Shown one piece after another: positions 14,627 through 29,560 of a stretch of 64,000 nt of DNA. Numbering within the stretch: the stretch's first letter is position 1; every line of letters starts with the position of its first letter. This stretch comes from Octopus bimaculoides (taxonomy: Eukaryota). The notes under the pieces are model-generated. The model worked only from the letters and a program-made list of their open reading frames with translations. It did not search any database and was not told the DNA's origin. The DNA lies in assembly GCF_001194135.2 (NCBI RefSeq), contig NC_069000.1, positions 7,113,372 through 7,177,371 of the forward strand, read 5' to 3'. The translations under genes and the position numbers were made by a program.

Positions 14627-15500
14627 GTTATTTACACCCAATTCTGTCTTGATTGCTCTTAGATTGTCATTGTTTTGCAGTACATGAAGATTTTCAAGAA
14701 GTTTATACTGGAAGCTCTATTTTCCCCAAGACTGTTACATTCATAGCACATTGACAAAATCTGTAGCAAATCTCAACAAATTCTCAAATGCATCAAAATG
14801 TTGAGTGGTGCTTGGAGTGCCTCTAGGTACACTATGAGAGAATAATAAAATATCTGCTCTTACCCCACCCCATGTGACCATATCTGCAAGTCTGAGTTTG
14901 GCTTAACACACACAGAGGTATGTTACACTGTTGACACAGATGTTGGCTGTACAATATATTGTCTTTCTCAGACTATGAGAGGATGCTACCATCATCATAA
15001 TCATTAAAATAAGAGACATAAGCTCAAGGATGGCCCAGGGAACTTTAAACAAGCAGTTTACAATGATGAGATTATCAGATTAATGGCTGTTACTGCCATA
15101 ATAAATTGGCGTTGGAAATCTGTCAAAGTAAACAAAGAAAGTTTATTTTGATCCAATTGATGAGAGAAAATAAAGGGTTAAAAATATTTCTTTATCGGAT
15201 TAAATAATATATACACATACTGTGAATATATGTGCTATATATGATTATATGTGTGTAGTTAAGTAAACACACACACATACTGTATGCGATTATATATGTA
15301 GTTAAGTAAATACACAGATACACACACATACACCAATGTTTACAGCAAAAGTAGATGCCATAGCTGATCTGATCATACATTCATTGATTCATCAAATTAA
15401 ATTAGCTTATCAAAAATAACGCAAGACGAGTTGGCGTGTATGTATCTGTGTATAGAAAATGTGTGTATGGCAAATTCAAGTGCACCACTATTCTGTTTTG

Positions 15501-15537
<37 letters not shown>

Positions 15538-15580
15538 AAAGAGAAAGAGAAAGAGAGAGAGATAGAGAGANNNNNNNNNN

Positions 15581-15663
<83 letters not shown>

Positions 15664-16409
15664 TGGAGATTCTAATCAGGAATTTATTTTGTTACAAATC
15701 AATGAAGAATGGTGGGTAAGAAGAGAGGCCAGAGGTTAACTTCACTGAAAAGAGGTGAAAGGTGAGTGATTTAATTGGAGAAATATACTAGAAATATGTC
15801 CATGTACTCTCTTTTCATGATTTAAAAAGATTTAAGTTTTATAAAGACATTTAAAGAGGAAAGAAGGCTTATATATCATAGTTGATAGAATCCTCTTCCA
15901 ATATACAACTGGTACTTATCACCAACCTGGGAATAATATGAACTTATGTTGAAGAAAGAACATAATTATTTAGTCACTCACAATATGCTCCAGCAGGACT
16001 GACCTAGAGCTAAATGCAACAACCACCACCACCGCCTTACTATAAAATATTAAAACTTTGATGAGTTAGAGAGGGGAAGGGGTTGGGGTAATTTGTACAC
16101 TGAAAGATTTTCAGTGAAATGAAATGTAATGATTTGCTGACTATATGACAGATTTGAGAGGACAGATAGATGAAAGTAAGATAACAAAACAAGAATACAA
16201 ATGTGATAATCTGCTAAAGAGATTAAAGTAATGAAATAACAAAAGAATAAAACAAGATGAACGTAGAAAAAAATAACCTTCAAATGAGTTGCTGGATAGT
16301 TTTTGGTCAACCCTTTCCCCCAATCAATCCAAAACACTATCAATTCCTAATCACCTCGTTAGGACCTAGATGAAGATTCTCAATCATTTTAACATCTACT
16401 TTTCAATGC

Positions 16410-16760
16410 CTGCATAGGTCAAACAGAATTTTCTGAGGCAGATTTTCTGCAGCCAGATGCCCTTTCGGTTGCTAATCTTCACTCATTTCCAAGCAAGCTA
16501 ATATTTCCCTTATGGGCAGAAATCTTTTTGCAGAAGATTGAAAACAATATAACACCACCTATATTAAAGTGACACTTGTTTACGACTATCACATGACGTC
16601 AGAACAAGGACGGGCACACATCTGATGCCAACCAAATCCATGCTTTTGGTCAACCCAAGCCTATAGTTAGGAGAAACTTGTCCAAGATATCATACAGGGA
16701 CTGAACTCAAAATCACATCGATGAGAAGTAAACTTCTTAACCACTTACCCACACCTACAC
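16410..16760 (-). mobile_element. Composite tRNA-headed SINE (family B head plus RTE-like tail)
   Basis: Same layout as 42025-42375. Confidence 0.6.
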
Positions 16761-17116
16761 CCCACTCAATAATTTTTTGCAGCATCTACTTGAAATCTCT
16801 CTCAAGATTCTACAAAATTTACTGTTGATTATATCAGCATTGATAAAATTATAGAGTTTCTGCTATTCTTGAACAACAATTTGGTTTCAAATAAAACAAA
16901 ATACTGAGAAGTTTCAAATGAGGGAGAGGGGAATATTTAAGTAGTATTAATGATAATAAAAACTGTGAAGTTTAAATTTCACCAGCTTTTACTTTACGAG
17001 AGTTTTGTAATAAGATAAATCTGAATTCAATGAATAATGTGTTTACAAAAAATGTTCAAAGCAGTTTGTAGTGTGTGTGTGTATGTATATGGGATAGAGA
17101 AAGAGACAGTGTGTGT

Positions 17117-17228
17117 GAGACAGAGAGACAGACAGAAAGAATGTGTGTACGAGTGAGAGAGAGAATGTGAGACAGAGAGACAGACAGAAAGAATGTGTGT
17201 ACGAGTGAGAGAGAGAATGTGAGACAGA
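17117..17228. repeat. Perfect 52-bp tandem duplication
   Basis: 17117-17168 equals 17169-17220. Confidence 0.9.
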
Positions 17229-17327
17229 CAATGTGTAAGAGTGTAGTATATGTGAATGTGTATATGTGTGTGTGTGTGTGTGTGTGAGTGAGTACATGTA
17301 TGTAATTCATGGAGAGAATGTGCATGC

Positions 17328-17378
<51 letters not shown>

Positions 17379-18039
17379 AGCAGCAAGCTATTTTGGTCAA
17401 CATATGATAATAGAATGTTATCAAGGTGGGGATTAATTAGTAGTCTCATCCATTAGAAACTATGGAAGACCAAAATAAATGTAGGAACCTGTTGTGGAAT
17501 ATGAGCAGATTAAACAACTGTAGAGCTTAATCCCTTTACTGAACAGTCACCACTCAGCTGGAATTAAGAAAAAGAAAAGAAAACCTAAACAAGTACTCTA
17601 AATGAAAGTGATGAAGAGGCTGATAATGAAAATGATGTGAGGAGGAGAAAGAGGTATTGAAAAAAAAATGAGAAAAAAGAAAAGCATTTCTTCTAAGTTG
17701 GCAGGTAAAATTTGAGAAAATAAGAGTTACTCAACACCAAAAGTTGGCATAGATTTGGGTTTTTAAGAGTGCAGGAACAGATTAATTGGGTTTAATTGCA
17801 ATTAGTAATTAGTCTGTTGGCTCCATCCAGTCTTACTTCAAGTTAGAAATGTATCTAACAGACAACAACAACAAAAAATATACATATATGGAAATTAACT
17901 GTAAATAGTTTTGGGACCTTAAAACCTGATATGGTATAACTTTTTATTTGGGTTCAATAATAATAATAATAGTAGTTATTATTATTATTATTATTATTAT
18001 TAACACTAACGTTGTTAATTACTAAAGTCATCATCATCA

Positions 18040-18380
18040 TCCCAACCTCATGGTTTGGAGTTCTGTCCCACTGCATAGCACCTTGGGCAAGTGTCGTCTA
18101 CTTTTGCCCTAAGTCAACCAAAACCTCTTGAGCGGATATGGTAGACAGGAACTGAAAGAAGCCATGTGTGTGTGTGTACATATATGCAAGTGAGTGTTTG
18201 TGTCTCTTTGTCGGATATTACAGGATTGTTGTCTAATCATGGGGAAATATTACTTTGTTTGAACACAGGTAAGTGTTGGTGATGAGAAGAGCATCCAACG
18301 TTAGAAAAATCTGCCTCAATTAAAAACTGTCCAACACATGCAAGCATGGAAAAGTGGACATTGAAACGACAATGACAATG
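18040..18380 (+). mobile_element. SINE family B fragment plus tail fragment
   Basis: cccaac..catggtt..gtcccactgc..gcaccttgggcaagtgtc..aactgaaagaagcc, shared with 29561-29730. Confidence 0.65.
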
Positions 18381-18989
18381 AACACTGGCACTGTTAATGA
18401 AGTGTCTACTCAGGTGTAAAACGGAAATTCCAGAGACAACCATTCCCTCCAAATACAGTTTTACCAAAATACTAAACATGTCCCACAACTGGTGTTCTAA
18501 ATATTTCTTCCTTGATGCCCCACCACCCACTCCATCATCTCATCTCACACTTCACAAATTAAAACTATTTTATAATAAAATCATTAAATAAACGAGAATA
18601 CTGACTGCTGGATAGAGGTAGTGGGGCAACTAGTGATGTAATGTGAGTGATTTTATGACACCACTCAACCCATCCCAAAGATAATTAATTATCTAATACT
18701 AGTTAACACAGACAACAACAACAACAACAGTATTCACCCACCATTGCATGAAAATAATGTAAACATTTTAATCATCTTAGTTTATCTAACAACCCTTCAA
18801 GTTTTTTAGTTTGTTTAAGGCCATGCCAATGACCCTTTTTCAGACCCTCAAACACTGGTGGGAGAAAGTTATTCTGGCTTCTATCCAAGTCACAGAGTGG
18901 ATCCCCTTAAGAAGTATGCCTGGTGTGCTAATGATTCTGCCAGCTTGCCACATAGTCTTCTTCTTATTATCATCATCATCTTCATCGTT

Positions 18990-19125
18990 AGCATGCTGGA
19001 CAAAATGCTTAGTGGCATTTTGTCCGTCTTTACATCCTGAGTTCAAATTCCCCCAAGAATGACTTTGCCTTTCAGCCTTTTGGGGTTGATAAATTAAGTA
19101 CCAGTGAAACACTGGGGTCGATGTA
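18990..19125 (+). mobile_element. SINE family A copy
   Basis: cgttagcatgctggacaaaatgcttag..gagttcaaattcc..gcctttca..gataaattaagtaccagt. Confidence 0.7.
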
Positions 19126-20229
19126 TTCGAATAGAAAAGATTATTAATAATAAAACTAATAATGACAAAATAATTGATAATCGTTTCTATGGTAATGGTG
19201 GTTTAGTTGGTCACACTGACTCCCACATATGACTGGTACTTTATCAGCATCAGAACATGAAGAGCCAGATGAAATACTGAAGTAACTGAAGACAATTTGT
19301 CTGATATTCTTAACAATTCTTCTAATCCACGACTGAATAATGAAATTAAAAAAGAAAGTAAATCTTTTGTTATTATTTCCAAAATTAATTAAAATACAAT
19401 ATAATTAGATTATATAATTAGAAAAGGGTTAAACAACATGCGAGTGTTACCCGCAAAATAGTTGACAAGCCAATAAAACATCATCTGTAGGATATTGTTA
19501 CTTTTGCAAGGGTGTACTGTAACAGTCGAGATAATTAGCTGACGCCAACACCACTACCAACAACAATCTCTGTTATCTTCAATGACAACAACAACAACAG
19601 TTAGAAAGTACAGTTCAGCTCACCACAACATATCAGATGACATGAGCCAAGATGCTCAGGTTTCAATCACGCTCCTAGTGTTTCACCGTTCTATTACATC
19701 TGGTCTCTATTGATTTCAAGTGGAACCCAATGATAAATAATAAATGTATAACGATGATGATGATTCTGGAGAGGGGTCAGAGAGCAGAGGTCAATCAAGG
19801 TCTAAAAGATAAGCATGTACAGATCAGAAAGTAGTAAGGGGATCAGAAATGGCGGGGAGAGGAGGAAGTAATTATGTCTTGCTATCCCCAAATAAATATT
19901 TTCAACATTTCTGCTTTCTTTGTTTATAAGGAATGGAGAAGACAGAATTTTGAAGGTTTATTCTTCACTCAGAGGCACCATTTTTGCATTGGTTTTGCAA
20001 GAGCATGAATCTCTTTCTTAGTGGCAAAATTACTCTCTTAAATTACAGTATTAAAATGTGTGAGTGTGGGTGTCTGTGTGCCACCCATGCTATCATAGAA
20101 AGTGAACATTAAAAGACGACAATGATATACACAAACACAAATCAATAACCCCACCAAAACATCTTTTATACATATATACATATTTATATATACACACACA
20201 CGTACATACATAAAGCTAAATAGATAGAC

Positions 20230-20262
<33 letters not shown>

Positions 20263-20621
20263 CATGAGTTGATTTCAAACAAATACATTTTTTTTTTCTT
20301 CAGCAACCGAAAATTAAAAATGTTGCTTTGTGCAAAATCCTAAATAATCTTGTCCTTCCTCCCACCACGACCACCATTCCTCAAAATGGCAATGGGTTGG
20401 TAAATGGACCTAGCTGTTCAGTAGTCGTCAGACAATAATTTCTCTGGTTGTGTTCTTGGAGCAGGTGTTTTATTTATACGTCGTCGTCGCTGAATTTCCA
20501 AACACCAAACACTTCCATCATGAATTACAACTGATATCTTATTTTCCAGCTGACTAGATTGTGTTGGAGCTTTGTCTCTGCTAGCTTGTATTTTCTCTTT
20601 ATTACACAAACACTCACATAT

Positions 20622-20667
<46 letters not shown>

Positions 20668-20853
20668 GTACATACATACACTTACTGTTCTGCTTTATAT
20701 GTTTTGTCTGTAATCTCTCCACACATTCCCACCTTCCTTATTTACTGTGACTTTAACGAGCTATTTTTTTTATTAATTATATTCTATCTTATTTTGTTTA
20801 CTTTTTTTCTTTTACCTTCACAAAATTACTTCTTTAAGCATGGATGTTAACAA

Positions 20854-20908
<55 letters not shown>

Positions 20909-22490
20909 CATACGTGTATGTGTGTAATATATAAACACGACTTGATTGAACATCATCCTAGCAAAGAAAATGTATATAGTAGCTTTCACAGGAACCCCAT
21001 ACACTCCTAAACTATTATTTACAAAGAACATTGCTGATGGAAGACTAGAAAATTCATGTCAACCTCCTTACCATTAGTTAAAAAGGGAGAAGAAAATGTC
21101 TTTAATAATAATGAGTGAACCACTTTATGGTTCATTCTTAGTACATTCCAGCAGATTCAAATGTGAATACAATAATTACTGTTGTTATTTCGTCACTGGA
21201 TAAAAACTCATTTCAGATGAATGTGTTCGTACCACACTCAATCCATTGAGATAAGAAGACTTTAGGACATTGCTGTCTCGACCTTGTTATGTCTCCTCAG
21301 CCAAAGCTATCCCAAACCAATGAATCTAACAAGAGTTTTAGCTCTTCTTTATGAAATTCAGCAAACAAATTATTCACCAATGTCTGCCAACCAATAATAA
21401 ATCGCACATTATCACTTTTTAACAAAGAAGAACATATTGGATAATATCATGTGAAGTAAATTATTCTTGAAGAGATGGGACAGTTCGAGCTAAATTGGTT
21501 CTGATCTGGGTCAACCTGGGGTTAAACATCAGCAAATCAATGGCCCACAATTCAACAAGTGTCTAATACAATTAAAACCAGAGTAGTAACCATTATTATT
21601 AGACAAAGGTCGCATAGTTTGGTAAGGGTTAAGGTTAACATATTTCTTGTGGGTCACATTAAAAGTAATTAGAAATAAACATGTTAGGAGAGTTACTTTG
21701 GACCGAGTGACATGAAAAGGAATGGAAAAAAATAATAATAAAAATGATTCTGTTTTGACACTTCTCCAAATGTTCTTGATGGCCAAAGAAAAAGACCAAT
21801 TTGAAGAGCAAAGACTAACTCACCACAGAAAATATTACACGAGATTTACTAGAAAATCAACAGACCACAATCAACATGTCAACACCCAGGTGTGAAACAC
21901 TGCTTTTATATGTGGAGCAGATGTTAACAGATGTTAATGTTAAGTTAAAGATTACACATGTGATATATACTGGAAACATGTGTTAACCTTCAGTAAAGGA
22001 TGCCACATGTGAAATAGCAACAACGAAGTCATTTGGCAGTGAAGAAGCAATATGTAGGTTTCTTTTGTTATAAATAAACATCCTGTTTCTTGGCAGAGAA
22101 CATTGCCAAATTCAAACCAGCGCTTCATACAATAGAAGACAACAACAGCAGAGACAACAGCACCAAGCAGTAAACACTTCAGACTGAGAAGACAACAACA
22201 ATAACCTGAATAATAACTGCAGGCTAATTGTCAAGAAAGTCAACCACTAAAATGGTGACAGAGTTAGAGAAAGTTAATTAGTGCAACTGGTTGACGAAAG
22301 ATTCTAATTATTATTATATCTAATGACAGTGGCTTCAGTTGTAGAAACATAGAAAACTGTTCTCAAACTAAATACAGTAACATAATGGCAGTGAACCATG
22401 ACATCCAAATATTGTGTGATAAGAAACATAAGCAATGCTGAATTTCTGTAAAGGATGTATTGGATTGGGAATAAACTATGCCTGAATAAA

Positions 22491-22527
22491 GACATGATCG
22501 TCGCAGCTGGACATGATCGTCGCAGCT
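22491..22527. repeat. 19-bp tandem duplication gacatgatcgtcgcagct(g)
   Basis: Direct reading. Confidence 0.9.
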
Positions 22528-23871
22528 AAGGTAGAGTTAAAGAATGAGAGCCATATTAACACCAGCACTATCACATACTCTGTGAGATGGTTCTAACATT
22601 AACATATATTACCAAGATTCTCAATCTAAAGTGTGAGACCTGACAAGACCCTGACATGTTTTGACGGATCTTCTTTGAATCTTTACCTGCCATGAATACT
22701 TGCTAGACATACATCACTTCGCAGACACACACAGTCACTGTATATGCATTAAATGGGAACATTTGTGACAAACACATGTACAAAGTGGTTATGCTTAGAA
22801 AATACAGGTAGAATTTGAACTGATATCCACAAGTTATCAAGCTGATCAACCAACAAAGTTTCCTCATCTTAGAATTGTTGTTGTTTGACAAGAGACTGAT
22901 TTAAGACTCGATCAAACTGAAACAACAACATTTCATGGAAGAACCCATTCTAGCAACACGAAAACAATTATACCCACTCAGCATTACTGTTTATTATGAA
23001 ATGTCAAAGAAGTTTCATGGCACTGCTGTGAATTAGCCACCGCCTCTCTAGAATTGTGTCAGTGATGACAACAGAAATGAGATGAAATTTTGCGACATTT
23101 TTGAGGCAGCAATATCAAGGAATAAATCTGAAGAAAATGTAACAGTTTATATATAGCAACATGTATATACGGTATATACAGCAACATGTATGTATCACAA
23201 TACAGTATATACTATTGACAGGGCATGTGACATAACAAAATATTTATATCACAATGCAGTATGGTACCATAACACATTCTATCACAAACCATTCCTGTCT
23301 TCTATCTGCAATATCACAGCCTTTTCATTAATGATTTAATAATACCTCCTTGCCTCACCTGTGTGTCCTTTCCTACCACATAATACCTTCACACATTGGT
23401 AATACTGACTTAACCTCTTACAAGCTCTAACACACACACACACACACACAAACTGTGTAGACTGTGCGTGTGTATTTATACGAATCCATTCAACTTGACT
23501 TGTTTGATTATATTCAGCTTAAAATGTCTGTTTTTACAATGGAAAGAACACACACACACTTTCCCCTTTGGACTATGATTAAACAAGACAAAGAAATAAA
23601 CAAAAACATGCCTTAATCCTTCGCATATTAAGCAGGATGTCATTAACATTAAACAATATAAAAACAGAAGGAAAACTTAAAACTAATTCCAGTCAACTGA
23701 TAAACATTTTAAATATCTATTCCCTCCTACCCACTCTCTCTCACCCATTTATTTTTAAATTTATAATCTAGCCAGGCAGGTGTGGCAAGGAAGAGCCAGC
23801 ACAAAACCCATTCACCTGTGATAAGGTAGCTAAAAACTAACTGTGTCACTGTGACAATATTATTGGTTATC

Positions 23872-24215
23872 AAGGTGGCAAACTAGCAGAATTGTTAACG
23901 CATTGGACAAAAAGCTTAACAGCCTTTCTCCCAGCTTTATATTTTGAGATCAAATAAGTATCAGTTGAGTACTGGAATTAATCTAATCAACTAACCCCCG
24001 CCTACCAAATTTCAGGCCTTGTGCAGTAGTTTGGCAGAATCGTTACAGCAATAGGAAAAAATGCCTTGTGGTATTTGTTCCTACTGTTTATGTTCTGAGT
24101 TGAAATCCTACCAAGGTCAGCTAGAATGGATGAAATAAAGGATCAGTCAAGTATAGAAGTTGACTTGATCAACTAAACCCTTCTCTTCAAAATTGCTGGT
24201 CCCATGCTTAAATTA
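23872..24215 (+). mobile_element. Two tandem SINE family A copies
   Basis: Two heads (ggtggcaaactagcagaattgtta; agttggcagaatcgtta), each with a degenerate core. Confidence 0.6.
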
Positions 24216-24237
24216 GAAACAATTTTATTATTAGAAC

Positions 24238-24535
24238 ATGAGAGTGCATGGCCTGGTGGTTAAGATGTTGCACACACAACCACAAGATCGTGGTTTCATT
24301 TCCTAGACCCGAGTGGTGTGTTGTGTTCTGGAGCAAAACACTTCATCCTGTGTTGCTCTGCAATCACTTCGACACCTGATGCATGGTACACTTGTGCATC
24401 TGTTCAGGCAACGTTGATTCGATGGAGAGAAGTGAGCTAATGTACAGCACATACGTTTGATCACTAGAAACAAATCATTTGTGCAGGCCATTCAGCTACA
24501 GCTGAACACTCATATGTTGTCTTCTATGAGAGAGT
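24238..24535 (+). mobile_element. tRNA-headed SINE with a distinct body
   Basis: Head gcatggcctggtggttaag..gtggtttcatttcc and core ttgtgttctggagcaaaacactt as in the other tRNA-headed copies; the 3' body differs. Confidence 0.6.
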
Positions 24536-25639
24536 CCATTTGAACATAATGTTTGTGCTTAACTGTGGATGGACATATAAATAATGTATGGAGGAAGGAC
24601 TGTCTGTACACATGCAGTGTGTAGAGGAAGGATGTCTACCTCTGGATAGTGTGTAGAAGAAAGGTAATTTTAGTGGAAAATTGAATCCACAAAAATACAT
24701 TAACACAATTTGTATGTTTAGGAAAATTAGTGAAATATTTGAAAGAGAATCAAAACTGGAAGAAATGGTAAATAGTTAGAATGGTAAGCAAACAGTGAGT
24801 GGTTTATGTAGCAGCACCAACAGAAATATGTTGGGTTCAGTCTCTACAGTAAATAGAGGAGGAAGGAGCAATGTATACATATTCTATTTCCCTATATAAA
24901 AATACAGTTGAGAGAAGACTATGTTGCAACAAGTCACTTACATAGAATGAACTGTTCTCTAGTAAACGTATTCTATAAATCACCAGCATCAAACACTTGA
25001 AGAAGTTACCTAATATGAGTGAGTAAATGATTTCAAGATGCTAGATGAAAACTAACCAAACAGGAATTGGGATAGTTTTTCTAAACTGAAACATTCTATT
25101 AACCTAAATAAAAGGCAAACTTAAAGAGAGACAGGTTCACGATACACAGGCAGAGAGGAAACTTTAATACTGAATATATCATCTGTAGGGTTTAAATGAA
25201 AGGAAGTTATGAATATTCTATTTATGATTGTATGTGTGTGTGCTCAACACCTGACTGACTAAATAATTTGATGACATCAGAGAGAGGTGAGGGAGAAGTA
25301 GTTAAGAATGTGCATAGAACAGAGAAATAGAGACTAAATTCTTGGTGACAGTAGGAAGAAGCAAGGAAGCAAATCTGAAGAGGACTTGTCCTGAACGAAT
25401 CTTCTTTCATGAGACCCAAATGCTGTCATCTCAACTGCACAGTTATAGGTGTTATTGTTTTAAGAAAATACTTGGACACAGAATTGTTGCCTGTTAGAAT
25501 TCTTAGGGGCTGTTGAGGGTAAGGTGGCTACCTGAGGAGCACATACATTCTAGCTATCCCTTTTTCTCACTTGGTTTTACATGTTGAACCCAATAACTAT
25601 AAACTTAATAATTAACAGCTTTCTTATCTCATTGTTTTG

Positions 25640-25990
25640 CAGTGAATGTTGATACTCTTTGGTGATCATGGCTTGTCTGGTCTAACTGAAGGCCCTGCTG
25701 CAGTGCAGTCCCAGATTCTTGCCAATAATTTGCTTCATGCATTCTTTGTATTTCTCAAGTCTCTGATGACAATTCCCTTTATACAGTCTAATATTTACCA
25801 AACTTCGGTTGTCTATCTCCTGGTCTTTCAGGATGTTGGCTCTATCCTTGGTTCCTTCAACTCTTTCAGTGCCTCTCTGCTGGCACTGATTTGCCTGACA
25901 AATTCTCTTTTCTGTCAGCCTTCTGTCATCTTTCTTCGGGATTATCCCCCTTGTGTCATTGAGATAGCAGCATCTTCATGAGAAGATATC
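25640..25990 (-). mobile_element. Possible degraded RTE LINE linker-region fragment
   Basis: Minus-strand frame ...RLEKYKECMKQIIGKNLGLHCSRAFS*... is K/E/R-rich and loosely like the RTE EN-RT linker. No diagnostic motif. Confidence 0.3.
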
Positions 25991-27432
25991 CTTTTTAATG
26001 AAATGATTACTTAATTGCCCAATAAATTGAGGAAAAGTTTAAGCACAACAGATAATTATTGTCATAGTGAAAGAAGTCCATTTTAAGAGATTAGACTGTA
26101 TTCAGCTAGTGAATATCACTGTCCAGCTATACTTATTTATGTGTGAGTGTGTATGGTTTAAGACTGGTTGAATTATTGTAGTATACACACACACACAGAT
26201 GGGAGGTGGGGGTAACGAAGAGTCTATGTGTAATTCAGGACTGGATACATCATTGTTGACAAGAGAGTGAGGAGGAAAAGAGAGACAAAGCTAGAGATGA
26301 GACAAAAAGAAGTGAAGAAATAAAGAGTAGGCGAGAGATCAAACAAATTTTCCCAACCTTGTTGACTCAGTAGATTTTCTCTCTCACACACACAAAATAT
26401 AGTTTTTTTTCCTTTTTTGATAAGCATATACATTATTATATATTTGTGAAACAAAGAGAGAGCCAGAGATGAAAGAAAGGGGAGTAGTGAGAGAGAGAAA
26501 GATGACAGTTGTAGAGAAAGGGCAGGAGAGAGATCAAACAAATTTTTCTGACATTGTTGACCTGTAGGTTCACATAAAAACAATTTATATATAGTGTATT
26601 ACATGTATGTGCGAGTGAGAGGAGATGCATACACATGCATCTGCACACCTGTGTGTGTGCATGTATGTAAAATCAAACCACGTGTACGTGTGTATATGTG
26701 CATTGGCATATTTATTAATGTATGTGTATGCTGTGTTTAATCAAAACCACAACTATATATATATATATATACACAGACACACATACACAGATTGTGTATG
26801 TATAGAGATTAGTTTCCATAAGCCAACACACGACTGTATACCCTATTTTATATATACAACCATAAATGAAATACACCATATATATCTTATATATGACATG
26901 TGCACATGCACACACACACACATATACACAGTGTTGCATTTATGTTGATGAATCCATAGGTAAATAGCTGTCTATAGATTGTATGCTGTAGGCCAGTTGG
27001 GTTGCTGAAATTTTGTTTCGTGGAACATCTTTCCATACATATCTTTCCATACATAAAGTGACTTTCTTAGATTGTCTAAAAAATGAAATTTAAATTTTTT
27101 AATTAAAACCAAAACTTCTCAATGATGAAAAATACCAGTTACCGATTTTTCATTTAGAGTAATTATATATTTCTACCACCATCTTTTTTCTTTTTGATTA
27201 AAGTACATTTATCCAGAAAATAATAAAAAAAAAAAATTGACAATATCTTCAAAATTTGTTTATTTTATGCATTTTTTTGTGAAGGCCTACTTGGAACCAA
27301 CCAACTTTTGAACTTTGCAACAATTGTAGGTGATTTAACTGATGATTGTCAGAAAATAGAAATTCCCACAATTATCCTTATCTCAGGTGTTCATAACTCA
27401 AGGTAAGACCTGGTGTTGTTGCTCCTTTGGCA

Positions 27433-27467
<35 letters not shown>

Positions 27468-27589
27468 ATACACGTTAGTACTGTAGTAGATACAACACAG
27501 ACACAATGCTAAAGGACAGAAATATATTAATACAAACAACACATTAAAACAAAATGTGCTGATAAATTTTGCACAGCTTGAATCAGTGA

Positions 27590-27775
27590 CACTACTGCTT
27601 GATAACCAATATTGGTTTGTTTGTCTCCAGTTAGCAGCTCAGCGAAAGAGAGCAACAGAATAAGTACCAGGTTTAAAAAAAGAAATAAGTATTGGGGTTG
27701 ATTAGTTTGACTATACCATCAAGGCAGTGCTCCAGCATGGCCGCAGTCCAATGACTGAGAACAGGTAAAAGAATA
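27590..27775 (+). mobile_element. SINE family B 3' extension
   Basis: tgcttgataaccaat..gtccaatgactgagaacaggtaaaaga, shared with 29750-29915. Confidence 0.6.
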
Positions 27776-28109
27776 CTAGGAAGGATTGTCAGGGACTCGA
27801 GTGAAGAAGGACAATAAAAACAATAACATTTTGTACAGATTAACAATTCAATTGAGAAATTGTGAAGGAATGTTAAACAGAAACTGGTTAGAAACATAAA
27901 GGGAGTTTACCTTAAGACCACCCCTTAGCTGATTTGACTTTTAGAACATGAAGAAAAGGGGGCTGCACCTGACCAAAATGGGGACATATCTACAGCTGAC
28001 ATTAATGATTTGATATAAGCATCATTTAACATCTGTTGTCCATACTGGCATGGGTTTGACAGTTTGACCCAGGCTGGCAATCTGGAAGGCTGATTCAACT
28101 GAACTAAAT

Positions 28110-28259
28110 CAAGCATGGGCAAACTGCAGCCCACAAAACTTTCTGAATGGTACAACAAATGAAAAATTACCATAAGTTTTTTTTTTAGCAGTGCAGCTCA
28201 CCTGACAATGAGCCCTGTGTCATGTGGCCTGCTTCTTAAAAAAAGGTTACCCATACCTG
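28110..28259. mobile_element. 150-bp hAT (Charlie/Buster-like) MITE
   Basis: Imperfect TIRs caagcatgggcaaact / aggttacccatacctg. Exact 8-bp TSD AACTAAAT at 28102-28109 and 28260-28267, with central TA. Confidence 0.85.
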
Positions 28260-28867
28260 AACTAAATAATAAATTCATTCACAATATTCAACACAACCAC
28301 TACAGATGCATCTAGCTCTATGAAAAAAGCAATACTTGCTCAGTTGAGATTGTTAACATCATCAATTAATAAATCAATCAACAATTGCATCGAGATGAAT
28401 TTGTCTTTTAAGGCAGTAGGCCACTGCATATCAGCAGGGTATCGGGGAATTTTGTATTAGTTACAAAAGTTTAGGGTAAGGTTAAGATCAAGATTTTCCT
28501 GACCTATAAACCAGGTCAACTTCGGGTCACTGCTGGTCTAAAAAGATGTGAAGAGAGATGGATGAGAAAATAGAAGGAACATCAAAGATAGTATCTATGT
28601 GTTGATAGATGATACAGTGGTAGTATATTCCATCTGTAATTTCCTAACTGTTAATTCCATCAGGAGAAACTGAATCCTATGAAGCACAGCAATGATACAA
28701 AAATATAAGAATTCTTAAGAACAACAGATCACTTAACTTAGTAACAAAACGAGATTATGTGGTTGCTTAATGTGCTCGAAATAATAGTTCAGCTGCCTCA
28801 AATTACACACAGACACACACACAAAAAGGACACATTGGATAATACAATTACAGGCATATATAAATTA

Positions 28868-29075
28868 ACATGGAGGTGTGTGGATTAGTGGTGTTGGACT
28901 CCTGATTGGAAGATTGTTGTTTTGATTCCTGGACTGGGCAATGCATTGTGTTCTTTCACATTGCTCCAATTCACTCAGCTGGCAGAAATGAGTAATCCTA
29001 TGACAGACCAGGTGGGAAATTTATATCCCGTGAAACCGGCGTCAGCGTGACTTGAGAAGGTAACTTTGCCTTCTA
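28868..29075 (+). mobile_element. tRNA-headed SINE fragment
   Basis: Head and core (gattcctggactgggcaatgcattgtgttc..tcactcagctggcagaaatgagta) shared with 41630-41800. Confidence 0.55.
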
Positions 29076-29560
29076 TATCTATATATATATATATATATAT
29101 ATAATGGCAGGATTGTCGTGGCTGGTACCTTTTTTGATAACCATTGTACTGTAAAAGAGCTATCCTGAGCATTAGCACCGACAACATGATAACTTATATT
29201 GTATTCTTAGCTTAGATTGTGGTGTCTAGGAAAACGTTTGATCACAACCACTAGGACAATTGAATTTCTGTTTACATCATTATGAAGTGGATCATATCAA
29301 CACTGGGATATGTAGTTTACACAACAACAAATTCCATCTAGTCATGTTATCATTCCAACTCAATAAGATTCCCAGTATGACACTGAAGTTCTCCAAGAAT
29401 TTTGTAAACTGTGTACCATGTCTAACTCCTTTTTATCTGCCGAAATGGCGAATTCATCCAGAATGAAATAACTCTGTAGTGTGAACATTCTATTTATCAA
29501 TGACTGGCTAAACTAAATAATGTTTATCTGAAACTAAATGAAATAAAATTGACGCAGAGT

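Noticed and set aside
19788-19803. DR4-like nuclear receptor element AGGTCA-ATCA-AGGTCT
   Set aside because: A single imperfect match is expected by chance in 64 kb; no supporting evidence.
21038-21060. TGGAAGACTAG, matching the 5' end of miR-7
   Set aside because: Only 11 nt match, the rest differs, and no precursor hairpin is evident.
25374-25400. CTGAAGA-GGAC-TT-GTCC-TGAAC hammerhead-like string
   Set aside because: The 2-nt loop is implausible, GAAA is replaced by TGAAC, and no stems I/III are present.
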